DNA of 64,000 bases from the NCBI GenBank assembly GCA_964599615.1, contig CAZRGF010000004.1:3810-67809 (forward strand). The letters are read 5' to 3'. Positions 38,354-48,355 of the stretch are shown one piece after another. Numbering within the stretch: the first letter of the stretch is position 1; each line of letters opens with the position of its first letter. This DNA comes from Candidatus Woesearchaeota archaeon (GTDB taxonomy: Archaea; Nanobdellota; Nanobdellia; Pacearchaeales; UBA284). The position numbers and the translations under genes were made by a program. The notes beneath the pieces were generated by a model. The model saw only the letters and a list, made by a program, of their open reading frames with translations, did no database searches and had not been told where the DNA came from.

Positions 38354-39115
38354 TCATCTTTTTTCAATTGCAAATATCCATCTTATTGGTTCAACACCTG
38401 CTGGAACTAAAACTTTTCTATTGGTCAAAGAATAGACCAGATAATTGCTTTTTTCTTCAGTTTTGTCTAAATTCCAGAATTCGCTCGTTAATTTACAATT
38501 ATTCTTGCATACACCAAATTTCTCAAAGATTTCATTGATTTCGGTGATTCTGGTTTTTTCATCCACCTGGATTGAATCCTTTAACTTAAATTTGTAATTT
38601 ATAGAATAACTAAAAAACTTGTTTTTTCTAGATGAATTCAAATTAATCTCGCTGGTTTGGCATTTTAAAACATCTAAATTATTTTCTTTCTCAATATTGC
38701 AGGAAACTTCTATTTTCTGACCATTCAAAGGATAATCCCTTAGATAGTCCTTGATATAATCCGCGGTTCTGTCTTCAAGAATTATCTTAATAAAATCGGG
38801 GTTAGGCTTGCAGTTATTATCTAAAATGAATATGTCTTCAGAAGTCAATCTACAATCAATGACATTCTTGTCAATAAAACTATAACCAGCGATTTCCTTC
38901 AAAGCGCTATCAAAACCCAAACTCATTGAATCTGAAAAGTAAGACTCGAGATTTTTGGAATCAATATCTTGAAGTTCTTCAGCCCCAATACTTGCTTCAA
39001 TTCTTTGGTTAGCAATCGTAAAAAACCAGACCATCAGCCCGAATAGAAGAAAAGTCATCAAAGCTAACATCCTCCCAAAACCTATTCCATGTTTATCTGA
39101 CTTATATCTTATCAT
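38354..39115 (-). CDS. membrane-anchored hypothetical protein (last gene of the pilus-like array)
   Basis: single N-terminal TM followed by extracellular-type domain. Confidence 0.4.
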   Translation of the reverse strand: MIRYKSDKHGIGFGRMLALMTFLLFGLMVWFFTIANQRIEASIGAEELQDIDSKNLESYFSDSMSLGFDSALKEIAGYSFIDKNVIDCRLTSEDIFILDNNCKPNPDFIKIILEDRTADYIKDYLRDYPLNGQKIEVSCNIEKENNLDVLKCQTSEINLNSSRKNKFFSYSINYKFKLKDSIQVDEKTRITEINEIFEKFGVCKNNCKLTSEFWNLDKTEEKSNYLVYSLTNRKVLVPAGVEPIRWIFAIEKR

Positions 39116-39576
39116 TTTGAATACCTTATTTTAATTGCAATTAATCCATCAGCTGGAACAAAAAAACAAAATTCTTCTGGATTATTTTCAATTGGGCAAT
39201 TCCCCCTAGAATTTTCGTAAAAAATTTCCGAACCACATTTTTTATTCTCTTCAGAACAGATTACATCGATTTCTTGTTCTATCCTCTCTTCTGTCCCCTG
39301 AATCCGGGATCTTAATCTATCACTGAAACTAATCCCATTTTCTTTTTCTTGCATCAATGAAGATAGCATGAAATTTATCTTATCATGAATAACCAGGGAA
39401 TCGATTTTTTCTGCCCTTACTTTGTCTACACTTTTGTATAGCACTACTGAGAATAAGATAAGCAGGAACAATATGAAGATGATAACGATGAATGAAGGAA
39501 AATCTTCTATTACCTCACCAACTTGTGCCTTTTTACTTGACATTTTTATCATTTTTATCAATAGCGATGAAAACAT
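39112..39576 (-). CDS. pilin-like protein with class-III-type signal (KKAQ-V...)
   Basis: basic residues, A-Q, then ~22-residue hydrophobic segment. Confidence 0.4.
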   Translation of the reverse strand: MFSSLLIKMIKMSSKKAQVGEVIEDFPSFIVIIFILFLLILFSVVLYKSVDKVRAEKIDSLVIHDKINFMLSSLMQEKENGISFSDRLRSRIQGTEERIEQEIDVICSEENKKCGSEIFYENSRGNCPIENNPEEFCFFVPADGLIAIKIRYSK

Positions 39577-40000
39577 TTATTCTTTCTAGCTTGTTATTAT
39601 AAAAAACACTGTAACTTTTGGAAAAACAAGAAGGTAAATAAGTCCCTTGAACATTGCCTTCTTTTGCTTTGCAATATGTCCATAACTCGGTTTTTCCGAT
39701 TGTGAAGTTCTTCTCTTCACTAGGAAGTTGGAGTTTCATCAGCAAGAAAATATTTTTTTCATCAATGTAAAGACAGTTTTTTATTGTTTCTTGGTTAAAA
39801 TCATTTAGTTCCAAGATACCATTCCCAGTTAAACAGTCAACTGATTTTTCTGCAAGAGTTGCTGCTTCAATCTGCCTTATGTCATATGGTGTTGAGAACC
39901 TGAACCATACCACCCCAACAAAGACCCCGATAATCAATATTATCATTATAAACCTGTATACAAAAATCACCGAATATTCTGTTTGTGCTCTTTTGTTCAT
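39533..40000 (-). CDS. pilin-like protein with class-III-type signal (MNKRAQ-T...)
   Basis: same K-[KR]-A-Q signal subtype. Confidence 0.4.
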   Translation of the reverse strand: MNKRAQTEYSVIFVYRFIMIILIIGVFVGVVWFRFSTPYDIRQIEAATLAEKSVDCLTGNGILELNDFNQETIKNCLYIDEKNIFLLMKLQLPSEEKNFTIGKTELWTYCKAKEGNVQGTYLPSCFSKSYSVFYNNKLERINVFIAIDKNDKNVK

Positions 40001-40018
40001 TTAATAAATGGGGCTTTC

Positions 40019-40092
40019 CATCCTCCAACTTTAAGTGTTTGGTATAAGCATAACTCTAATAAACATATAGCAACTGCGCTGACGCTTTTCAT
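40019..40092. repeat. repeat family B-related element (catcctccaactttaagt ... tagcaactgcgctgacgcttttcat)
   Basis: same two end-blocks as 3126-3143 plus 3297-3321, here uninterrupted. Confidence 0.5.
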
Positions 40093-40126
40093 TAATGTGT
40101 TTTTCATGATATAGACGTTTTGAGTT

Positions 40127-40474
40127 TTATTTTTCTTTTATTTCTATTAAGGTGTTTTTGCCTTCTTTTTGGATTTCCAGAGTTGCGTTATAACAAGGAT
40201 AGTAATAACCGATATCAATAGAATCTTTCTTAATTAAGAAACCAATATCTTTTTTCTCGATTATTCCAGGGTAGGTAACATTGATTACAGTTCCTGGCTC
40301 TGCCCCTAAACTGACTAAACAGAGTTGTTTTGCAAGAATTTGTTTTTTTGCCAAATCACCAGTAGCATTATTAGCTGAAAAGAAAAGCAGAACAGCAAAC
40401 AACATCCCTACAAATATTAGGGTTACTATTGTCTGAAGAGCTAGACTTTCTCCTCCTTTTTTTGATTTACTCAT
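40127..40474 (-). CDS. pilin-like protein (MSKSKKGG-ESLALQTIVTLIF...)
   Basis: K-K-G-G followed by hydrophobic helix; 115 aa. Confidence 0.45.
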   Translation of the reverse strand: MSKSKKGGESLALQTIVTLIFVGMLFAVLLFFSANNATGDLAKKQILAKQLCLVSLGAEPGTVINVTYPGIIEKKDIGFLIKKDSIDIGYYYPCYNATLEIQKEGKNTLIEIKEK

Positions 40475-40605
40475 TTCTTATACCTCTTTCAGATTTAACA
40501 GATAATATGACTTAATAAATTTTATTAGAAAACATTGATTATTACATCAGTATGTGTAAGGCATTATTTCTTAATTTTTCAGAAAAGCAGAGTGCAGTTA
40601 TTAGG

Positions 40606-40745
40606 TAACTTGATTTCGCTGGAGATAAGTGTAAATTATTTAGATTTTATTTTTGATTCTTGTTTTCGAAGAATTTTTGAAAAAGTTTAGAAGACTAGGG
40701 GCATAATATCCTGTAACATAATTCGCAGTGGCGAAGTCAAGTAGG
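40606..40745. mobile_element. MITE-like element family A copy
   Basis: 5' aacttgatttcgctggagataagtgtaaa ... 3' gtggcgaagtcaagt; both ends flanked by taggtaactt. Confidence 0.55.
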
Positions 40746-40799
40746 TAACTTAATTTATTAAGATTAGATTTCAACTTACAGGGAGATAAACTTTAAGGA

Positions 40800-41735
40800 T
40801 TATGGGATGCTCTCTATATTCTGGCAAGTTTTAGTGATTTCGCTTTCATCTAATGAAAGCAAGAAAACACCAGCACAACCCTTCCTGTTTCCATCACAAT
40901 GAACTGCTGCAGCATGTGTACTTGTCCAAAATGTAGTTATTTGCCCAGCAGTTATCGCAGCAAGAGCTGCAACACCTATCCAAATTGAAGCCGTCCCCAC
41001 AGTTGATAACGCTCCAGCACCTTCAACCCCCATAGCACCCATGGCTCCAAGAGGGCCAACTACTGATTTGGTTAATCCTGCTCCTCCAAAGACCAGTGCT
41101 CCCACCATAGCACCTTCTCTTTTCAATGCACTTCCGAGATCATCTCCCTTTATCATCATAAAAACAACAGCTAAATCTTTATCTGTTTTCGAAGGTTCTG
41201 CATTTACTTTTTCTTCTAATCCCCCCTGTCCTCCGGTAAAGTATTCCATGTAAGTGATATTTTTGATAGGAACCTTGGTATCAGCAAGATAATCCATAAG
41301 ATATATTGATTGGGGGTTTTCCTTTAATTTTTCATCAAATTTTATTGTTGAACAAATAAGACAATTTGCTTTTGAAGTTCCAAACAATCCAATTTCTCTC
41401 CATGCGCTTTCAGAAAAAAAATCTAAAGGATTTCCTTCAGAATCACTGACCATCCACCAACAGTCATACATCGCATTTGCAACTGTTCTTTCAATAGTCA
41501 CCTGGTCCCTGGTTTTGATTTCTATATTCTCGGTTTTGCATTTTAATGGGACTAAGGACTGGGTTGGTTGAATCCCCATAATAGACGCACTTCTTAGGAC
41601 TATAGAATTATGGCAGGCATCTTTATCAGGACTGATTTTGATATTGTTCATAACAATAAAAAGGACAGCCCCTGCAAGAATCACTATGATTAAAGAGATT
41701 ATAGTTGTCTGCGTTAAAGTTCCTCTTTTATTCAT
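40800..41735 (-). CDS. large pilin-like/adhesin-like protein (start placed at MNKRG-TLTQTTIISLII...)
   Basis: class-III-like N-terminus, Cys-containing ectodomain, Gly/Ala-rich C-terminal hydrophobic segment; the upstream in-frame extension to 41834 looks unlikely to be coding. Confidence 0.45.
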   Translation of the reverse strand: MNKRGTLTQTTIISLIIVILAGAVLFIVMNNIKISPDKDACHNSIVLRSASIMGIQPTQSLVPLKCKTENIEIKTRDQVTIERTVANAMYDCWWMVSDSEGNPLDFFSESAWREIGLFGTSKANCLICSTIKFDEKLKENPQSIYLMDYLADTKVPIKNITYMEYFTGGQGGLEEKVNAEPSKTDKDLAVVFMMIKGDDLGSALKREGAMVGALVFGGAGLTKSVVGPLGAMGAMGVEGAGALSTVGTASIWIGVAALAAITAGQITTFWTSTHAAAVHCDGNRKGCAGVFLLSLDESEITKTCQNIESIP

Positions 41736-41909
41736 TTTTAATATTCCTTTTATGATTTCCAAACTTATAATACTTTTGCTGTTCTTAATATAGCATATAA
41801 AATACCAAAGATTATTGCTGCTGCTCCGATCCACAAAATTATTTTTATGATCGTTTCGGGTATTTTATCCATGTTTTTATTATCTCTTTATCAATATTTT
41901 TTTATGATA

Positions 41910-41966
41910 AACTTATAGATGGCTTTTGTCAGCCAAATCTTTTGTTTAGTAACTATGCTTTCGCTT
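41910..41966. repeat. repeat family B copy (cttatagatgg-cttttgtcagcc-aaatcttttg...gctttcgctttt)
   Basis: aligns with 18572-18627; different but self-complementary hairpin stem. Confidence 0.5.
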
Positions 41967-41980
41967 TTAGTATTATCTAT

Positions 41981-43126
41981 TTAAGTTTGAGCAGCCTGTT
42001 TATTCTTTAAATCTTCTGCTTTGATGTCATTAACGATAACTAAAGGGCCGAGCCATAAATTAGCTTTTTCAGGCAAACAGTTTGTTCCAGATATTCTTGC
42101 TTTTCCTGCTCCTACATAAAGGTCAATATGCTGGCCTTGGATTGCTCCCCCACGATCTTCAGCAAGATAATATTTCTTATTCCATTTTTCACACTCTTCT
42201 TTGCAAGTGCTTTGCTCACAGTCAAATTCCAGATAAACCACACTTGCTCCACTTGAAGAACTTGGGATAACCCCTGGATCAACAGCAATTGTTCTTCCAG
42301 GAGTTGGGTCTGTCCCTAGACTTGTTGTTCCAAACTCACAAGCCGAACATCCTAGAAAAGGTGGACTTGTGTCTTTAGTCTCTTTTATGGTGCTATACGA
42401 ATAGATTTCCCCATCAGTGCCCAATCCAGAACCTTCACATTTTACAGTCTCATAAAATTGTTTGTCATCTCCTAATTGGCAATAATAAAGTCCATCTCCC
42501 CCTGTTTTTGAATTAGGGTTTTTCCATAATTGAAAATCACCCTCATAAGGCGTATAGTATCTAGTTACTTGAAATTCTCCCAAACTCTTCCAGGTGCTAT
42601 CTTTTTGATATTTTCCAGCTGATTCAGAACTGGCAATCTGCTGATTTTCTAGGTTCATAATTTTTTCTTTTACATCATAGACATCGCCATTATCTGTAAC
42701 AAAAAATTTCTTAAATACAGTGATTGGGAGCAGGAAAAATTTATTGTCGGACATAAATGGTTTTTTTAATTCTCTGCATATTGCAGATTTACATTCTTTT
42801 TTGCATATACAAACAGCATACTTGTAAGCAAAAGAACTGGGCTTAGTGAATCTATCATATTTATTAACTGAAGTATCAAAAGTCACGATTGTCCAGCCAG
42901 TAGGGACATAAAAATAAACTGCCTCTGAATCTCCTGGTTCCAAGCCAGATAATGTTTGATAAAGTCTGTCTAGAGTCCCTTTTGCTTGTTGTTCATCTTG
43001 TTTTCCGAATAACATATCATAAAAAATCCCTACTAACGCAATAACCAGAATAATTCCCATAACAGCCAAAATAATCTTTATGATCTGGCTGCTCATCATA
43101 TTCAAACCCGCTTTTTTGTTTAACAT
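41981..43126 (-). CDS. large Cys-rich pilin-like/secreted protein (start placed at MLNKKAG-LNMMSSQIIKIILAV...)
   Basis: class-III-like N-terminus followed by ~350 aa Cys-rich domain. Confidence 0.4.
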   Translation of the reverse strand: MLNKKAGLNMMSSQIIKIILAVMGIILVIALVGIFYDMLFGKQDEQQAKGTLDRLYQTLSGLEPGDSEAVYFYVPTGWTIVTFDTSVNKYDRFTKPSSFAYKYAVCICKKECKSAICRELKKPFMSDNKFFLLPITVFKKFFVTDNGDVYDVKEKIMNLENQQIASSESAGKYQKDSTWKSLGEFQVTRYYTPYEGDFQLWKNPNSKTGGDGLYYCQLGDDKQFYETVKCEGSGLGTDGEIYSYSTIKETKDTSPPFLGCSACEFGTTSLGTDPTPGRTIAVDPGVIPSSSSGASVVYLEFDCEQSTCKEECEKWNKKYYLAEDRGGAIQGQHIDLYVGAGKARISGTNCLPEKANLWLGPLVIVNDIKAEDLKNKQAAQT

Positions 43127-43281
43127 CTTAAACATTAGAAAAAGAACAATATTATATTTAAATCTTCTCAATTAAGAATTTCCTATCTGTGTTGTGATAG
43201 TTCTCCTAATTATTTCTTGGATTTATCCTGAAAGTCGGAATCAATATGGTAGATTATAACACATATAGAAGTGATTTAAGA

Positions 43282-43482
43282 TTATTTCCCAGAAGCACTT
43301 GAATTAAATATTCCTAAAGCCATCTTAAGTTTGTCCATAATTACATTTCCAAAATTTCCTAAAGCTCCTGTTGCAATCAATATCATCATAACCAGGACAA
43401 GAAGAACAAGAATCAAGACTATGATTGTGGACATTGATAATTCAATACCACCTTTCTTTGACATTTTAAGGTTAGGGTACAT
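43282..43482 (-). CDS. short pilin (major pilin candidate; MSKKGG-IELSMSTIIVLIL...)
   Basis: about 60 aa, K-K-G-G then hydrophobic helix. Confidence 0.45.
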   Translation of the reverse strand: MYPNLKMSKKGGIELSMSTIIVLILVLLVLVMMILIATGALGNFGNVIMDKLKMALGIFNSSASGK

Positions 43483-43870
43483 AATTTGGATTTTTCTCTG
43501 GGTCCTTGCAATCTTCTTCGTTTTTTAGCGTTACTGTTTTTCCAGCTGCATCCTGGTAAGTATAAACTGCCTTATACCTCACATCTGGCAGATTGTAGCA
43601 ATAGAACAATTCTTCTGTCTGCGTTTTAGAATTTCTTATAGCCACCTGTTCACCACAATATTGCTGCAAGGTGTAAAATTTTTCACATTTATCTTTAGCA
43701 GAAGACAAAACATCGCTCCCATAAACTCCCTGGATTCCAAGTATCTTTTCCCATAAACTTTTTAAGGTTCCAGAAAAGAACAAACCTAATATTACTAGCA
43801 CCATTATCGCTAGGACTAGAATAATGATTGTGGTTATGTTAATCTCTACCCCTTTTTTATTTTGCACCAT
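43472..43870 (-). CDS. pilin-like protein (MVQNKKG-VEINITTIIILVL...)
   Basis: class-III-like N-terminus; Cys-containing C-terminal domain. Confidence 0.45.
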   Translation of the reverse strand: MVQNKKGVEINITTIIILVLAIMVLVILGLFFSGTLKSLWEKILGIQGVYGSDVLSSAKDKCEKFYTLQQYCGEQVAIRNSKTQTEELFYCYNLPDVRYKAVYTYQDAAGKTVTLKNEEDCKDPEKNPNYVP

Positions 43871-43922
43871 TTTTTAATACTAATATAGATTTTTTTTCTT
43901 TTTAAAACTTTCTACTAATCAA

Positions 43923-44894
43923 TTAAACAAAAATGCATTTTTTATTATTTTCCTCTTTGATATCAATGACCATGTTGTCAGTGATTTCTCCATCTGGCCT
44001 AGAACCTTGGCACAGAACAATTGTTTTTTTCACTTCTTGGGGGATAATCAAAGTATCTTGTCCAGAATTAGATGTTTTCATTTGATTTACTTTCTCAGAA
44101 TCATATTCAAGCCATGCTTCTTGATTATTATAATGGATAATAAAACCAGCGGGGAGTTCAACTAATTTTTGCCCAGTTTCAGAATCAAGATCATTGAAAA
44201 AAGCTATTGCATCTGGTCTTCCTTCCTGACATTTTGGCATTTTATCAATTAATTTTCTGATTTGTTCTAAGCTGGCATCTGGGGGAACATTTTTGCTTCC
44301 AATGAACGGTTTCTGGATAATATTTGGTTTATCAGGAACATTGGGATTATAAAAAGTCAAAATAAAGATTCCACTAGATTCTTTTAAAGCATAGTTCGAA
44401 ATAACATACCCCCTTGAGACTTCTTTTACTTTTGGAACTTTTTCAGAAAAAACAAGATTAAAAACAGCAGGCAGATCAACTTTATGAGAAAAAAGTCCGT
44501 CAGGACTTTCTTTTGCAGATAAGATCTTTAATGTAGGTTCTATTTCAAGACTTTTCAATTCTATTTTTTTGTCATATAACGTTAAATTAGATGCGCCATT
44601 ATCTACTTTAAGAACAGCATTTGTATGGAATACAGCTGGAAAATTTGGAAAAGTCTCACAAAAACAAGATTCATCTTTCATAGCTTGGCAGATATCCAGA
44701 TTTTCGACAAGAATATCAAAATTATCAATAATTTCTCCTTTTGTTTCAGGGTCTAGCTTTTCTCCCCCAAGGCCCTGAATCCAAGGCAAAATAGTTTTTG
44801 GGAAAAAAATAATTAATATTCCGATAAGCAAAACAATCATGATCACTGCAAAAATTGCATTTTTTGTTTCAGCTGAAATCTCTTTTTCACTCAT
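43923..44894 (-). CDS. membrane-anchored extracellular protein in the pilus-like array
   Basis: N-terminal TM (AIFAVIMIVLLIGILIIFF) then 290-aa domain. Confidence 0.4.
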   Translation of the reverse strand: MSEKEISAETKNAIFAVIMIVLLIGILIIFFPKTILPWIQGLGGEKLDPETKGEIIDNFDILVENLDICQAMKDESCFCETFPNFPAVFHTNAVLKVDNGASNLTLYDKKIELKSLEIEPTLKILSAKESPDGLFSHKVDLPAVFNLVFSEKVPKVKEVSRGYVISNYALKESSGIFILTFYNPNVPDKPNIIQKPFIGSKNVPPDASLEQIRKLIDKMPKCQEGRPDAIAFFNDLDSETGQKLVELPAGFIIHYNNQEAWLEYDSEKVNQMKTSNSGQDTLIIPQEVKKTIVLCQGSRPDGEITDNMVIDIKEENNKKCIFV

Positions 44895-44925
44895 GTTTTA
44901 AATTGTTTGGGGCAATAAGCTAATA

Positions 44926-44990
44926 CCCCTTATAGCTGGCTGTAACAGCAGCCAAACCTTTTATTTAGCAACTGCGCTTCGCTTTTCTCC
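44926..44990. repeat. repeat family B copy (ccccttatagctgg-ctgtaacagcagcc-aaacctttt...gcgcttcgcttttc)
   Basis: aligns with 18572-18627 and 41910-41966; hairpin stem shows a compensatory change. Confidence 0.6.
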
Positions 44991-45023
44991 TCCTTTTCGA
45001 ACTTATTTATAATCTTAATCATT

Positions 45024-45233
45024 TTATATTACACCACCCAATTTGAGTAAGTTTATTAATACTATCCACCAATTGACACCCATATTAACCCAATCCTTTC
45101 TTAGGAGGTTATAGACTGCTAAGAATACTCCTGCTAGTAACCATAGAATTCTTAACCATTGGTCATTAAAGAGAACTGAGCTGACTAATAGAATCATTCC
45201 TATAATCGCTAATAAATTTGTTATCCATTTCAT
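45024..45233 (-). CDS. small 2-TM membrane protein
   Basis: 69 aa, hydrophobic. Confidence 0.3.
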   Translation of the reverse strand: MKWITNLLAIIGMILLVSSVLFNDQWLRILWLLAGVFLAVYNLLRKDWVNMGVNWWIVLINLLKLGGVI

Positions 45234-45235
45234 TT

Positions 45236-45391
45236 TTATCTCCCAAATCTGAGAAGTTCTTTCAATTTATCTCCCAGATTGATTCCAGAATTTTTAAAAT
45301 AGACGATTGCGATGATGATTATCGCTAATAATACAATTCCGACAATCCACCAGACAATCTCATTCCAGACTACTCCTCTTTTGTTTCCCAT
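45236..45391 (-). CDS. unlisted 51-aa pilin-like ORF (MGNKRG-VVWNEIVWWIVGIVLLAIIII...)
   Basis: translated by hand from the minus strand; N-K-R-G class-III-like signal; below the ORF-track size cut-off. Confidence 0.3.
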   Translation of the reverse strand: MGNKRGVVWNEIVWWIVGIVLLAIIIIAIVYFKNSGINLGDKLKELLRFGR

Positions 45392-45441
45392 CTTCTTCTA
45401 GAAAACAAAACAATTATTTAAATCTTGTCAAATAGAATTTC

Positions 45442-45948
45442 CTAAAGCGCACCTACCCTTTTTCCTTCTTCATAGCCTTCTTTTAATAGTTTTTCTCCAA
45501 TATCTTTTGCTCTTTCAAATCTTGCCCTTTCTCTTGGTAACATTCCAGGAATTTCCTCTACTCTAGCATCCAGAAGATAATCTCCTTCACTATAACCTTT
45601 TATATAAATATTGTCCCCTTCATCTACCTTTAGATTACGATTATTATCATAAACACTAATATATTTTGGCTCGTTGAAAAAACCTAACAAAGTGTAATTA
45701 GTGATATTTGCTTCAGTAAGCCCCCCCTTATAATAAGAAAACTCTTTTGTTACGCCGGCAATTGGCCAAAAAATTGGTCTTTTGCTTATGACATAGCTAT
45801 TATCTGCTGTAAAGTATTGTACCCTCTCAACTTTTCTTCCAGTAAAAAAATTATGTCCTATCATTACTGAGTCAAATACTCTCAAAAGACCAGATAGTCC
45901 AATAACAACTATTCCTGCTATGCCTATTGCTCCTGTTAATTTGCTCAT
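45442..45948 (-). CDS. membrane-anchored hypothetical protein (first gene downstream of the TadC-like gene)
   Basis: N-terminal TM (GAIGIAGIVVIGLSGLL), 168 aa. Confidence 0.4.
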   Translation of the reverse strand: MSKLTGAIGIAGIVVIGLSGLLRVFDSVMIGHNFFTGRKVERVQYFTADNSYVISKRPIFWPIAGVTKEFSYYKGGLTEANITNYTLLGFFNEPKYISVYDNNRNLKVDEGDNIYIKGYSEGDYLLDARVEEIPGMLPRERARFERAKDIGEKLLKEGYEEGKRVGAL

Positions 45949-46013
45949 CCAATAAATTATCTTTCGGGGTTTATAAATCTTTCTTTTGTTGTTATTATAA
46001 AGTTATACTAAAA

Positions 46014-48209
46014 TCACTGCGTTACAATTCCGCCGATAGCAACAGAAGCTAAAGCAGCTAATGCTACTATCGCGACAATAGCTGTTATGAAATAGAGCAT
46101 CATTCCTGTTGATAGATTTTTATAGATCTCATTCTTCTCTCCTAGTTTGTCTTCTCCATTTTCTATAGTAACTAGAGTAATAGTCAGAATAAATATGACT
46201 TCAACAATATAGATTCCTACAGCAACTTGGAGCCAGTAAGGGGGAATCATCTTAGAGATGTCAAACATAGAGACAATAGAACCAATGCCCCCCATGCCTA
46301 TTCCAGAGTCAAGATTAGATCCTGCATCAAGCATAGATTTTAATTTTCCCAAGATCCCGGTTATCATAGAAGCTAAGCCGACGACAATAGCTGAAAGCAA
46401 AGGTGCTAAAAAAGTCATATTGCTTTTCATGCTGCTGGTTATCTCAGACAATAGGTCTTTGAGTCTTTCATTGACAGTATGGATATTCTTAACATATACG
46501 CTTATTGACATCAATGCTTTAGCAGCAATTCCTAGACCTTTTTTAACAGCTTCAATCATTATCTGCATCGATGTTCTTAATAATTCCGAAGGATAATAAT
46601 TAATAGCTCCTCTGCCAGAACTGAAAATAGCGTCTTCAATAGACATGCCTGCTTGCTGGATATTCGTATTAACTAAAGAAAAAAATCCAGCAGAAGCTGT
46701 GCCCTTGGAGCTTTCAGCAACTCTTCCGAAAACCATCTCAGCAGGAACACCATCAGCTAATCTGTTTCCTAACTGAAATATGCTTGAAGAGAATTCTGCT
46801 TCAAGTTTTTTAGTTTGTTCTCTTGTTTTTACAAGTTTATCTGTCTTGAACTTATAAGACAGGATGAAAAATATTGCAATTGCCAAGGGAACAAATAAAG
46901 ATAGTATTAAAGCAGTTGTTCCAAAAGGCCCGACAGTAGCTCCTTTTTCATCAATTATAAAATCAAATAACTTGTTATTCTGTCCTAAGAATCCTAATCC
47001 AAGTTCATTGAAAGTATAATCTTTATTCAATCCCATTGACTCAGCCAACCCGAATTGGAACAAGAATGGAAGAATTCCGAGGATAAAAAAAGGCAGGGCA
47101 ATTAAGAACGCTTTGGTATAATGGCTTTTATCTGCATAATCTTTATAATTTTTATTTTTTTCAAGCAATTCTGTCTCTCCAAATCCGCCTGGTCTTTTAG
47201 CAAGAACATTATTAGTCATATAGAATATTGCAAAAGGAATGACAATATCATACATAACCGCAACATGATACCATCTGACTGCTCCTCCCAATAATGTGGA
47301 AGCTAAAGGCATTAAAGCCAATCCCAAAGTAGGGAGCACAATTCCCAACATATAAACATTAGTTATTGGAGAAGCCACATCATGGCTAAAGTGCAGCATT
47401 TTTTCATAAACCCCATCCAGAATGATTTGAAGAGATTTTTCCAGAGTAGCTAACCTCCTCTCTTCAATTGGTTCATACAAAGAAGATTCAATCATATGGA
47501 AAGATTCAACAAATTCTGGAGCATCTGCTCGCCATTTTTCCAGATAAGCATCTAAAGCATCTTTGATAGTAGGGCATTTTGCTGTTTCAACATCCCAAAA
47601 TATTTTCTTGAAATCTAAAGATAATGGCGGTTGTAGATGCTGGGAAGCAAATCTTATTGCTCCTTCAAGGTTAGAAGTATGCCTCATATAGACGACAATA
47701 TATAGAATAGCAGGGACCATCTGACTAGAAGCTTTTAATTTCCATTTCTGGGCAATTCTTGCAGGCATAGAACCAATGTAATAATAAAAGAAGAAACTTG
47801 TAACTGCTAATAAACCGAAAATCATAGCAATCTCGCCGCTTAATTCTCCAGTCATCATGAAAATAGCGCCTGCAATCAAGAATGACAAGAAAAATGCAAC
47901 TATTAAAGTGAACCAGGCAAGTCCTGAAGATTCATTTGCTTTAACATCAAGATGGCTAGTGTTCAGATCATTCTGGATTTTTTCTTCTTCCTTTGGTTTT
48001 AACTTTACTTTAAAACTTTTCCCTATATTCTTGCAAGCTTTTTCATACCATCCAAGACTTCTCAGAGTTTCTTGCTTAAATTGGTCATAATCTTTAGAAT
48101 AATCAACAGGAAGATCTTTTCCCAATTGATTCGCCATTTTCATCTCAAATTTTCTGAGAATATCTTTGGTGTCTATATTACTTTTTCTATTACTTGGGAT
48201 AGGGACCAT
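46014..48209 (-). CDS. polytopic membrane protein, probable type IV pilus/archaellum platform protein (TadC/FlaJ/PilC-like)
   Basis: 731 aa with many TM helices and cytoplasmic loops; heads an array of pilin-like genes. Confidence 0.5.
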   Translation of the reverse strand: MVPIPSNRKSNIDTKDILRKFEMKMANQLGKDLPVDYSKDYDQFKQETLRSLGWYEKACKNIGKSFKVKLKPKEEEKIQNDLNTSHLDVKANESSGLAWFTLIVAFFLSFLIAGAIFMMTGELSGEIAMIFGLLAVTSFFFYYYIGSMPARIAQKWKLKASSQMVPAILYIVVYMRHTSNLEGAIRFASQHLQPPLSLDFKKIFWDVETAKCPTIKDALDAYLEKWRADAPEFVESFHMIESSLYEPIEERRLATLEKSLQIILDGVYEKMLHFSHDVASPITNVYMLGIVLPTLGLALMPLASTLLGGAVRWYHVAVMYDIVIPFAIFYMTNNVLAKRPGGFGETELLEKNKNYKDYADKSHYTKAFLIALPFFILGILPFLFQFGLAESMGLNKDYTFNELGLGFLGQNNKLFDFIIDEKGATVGPFGTTALILSLFVPLAIAIFFILSYKFKTDKLVKTREQTKKLEAEFSSSIFQLGNRLADGVPAEMVFGRVAESSKGTASAGFFSLVNTNIQQAGMSIEDAIFSSGRGAINYYPSELLRTSMQIMIEAVKKGLGIAAKALMSISVYVKNIHTVNERLKDLLSEITSSMKSNMTFLAPLLSAIVVGLASMITGILGKLKSMLDAGSNLDSGIGMGGIGSIVSMFDISKMIPPYWLQVAVGIYIVEVIFILTITLVTIENGEDKLGEKNEIYKNLSTGMMLYFITAIVAIVALAALASVAIGGIVTQ

Positions 48210-48355
48210 TATTACCTCTTTTATTTTCTATTTTTAGGAAAACAACTTATAAAAACATTTCTAAATCAATAAAACGAAATATATACTTGAGAAGCAAAAG
48301 GTATTTAAACATCATACTTTTAAATCTTTCATAATAAATAAAAAAAGAATGTAAA

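Noticed and set aside
40606-40755. taggtaactt as a target-site duplication of family-A copy 5
   Set aside because: Only one copy shows it clearly and the element termini themselves end in aagt/actt; kept as a note only, not asserted.
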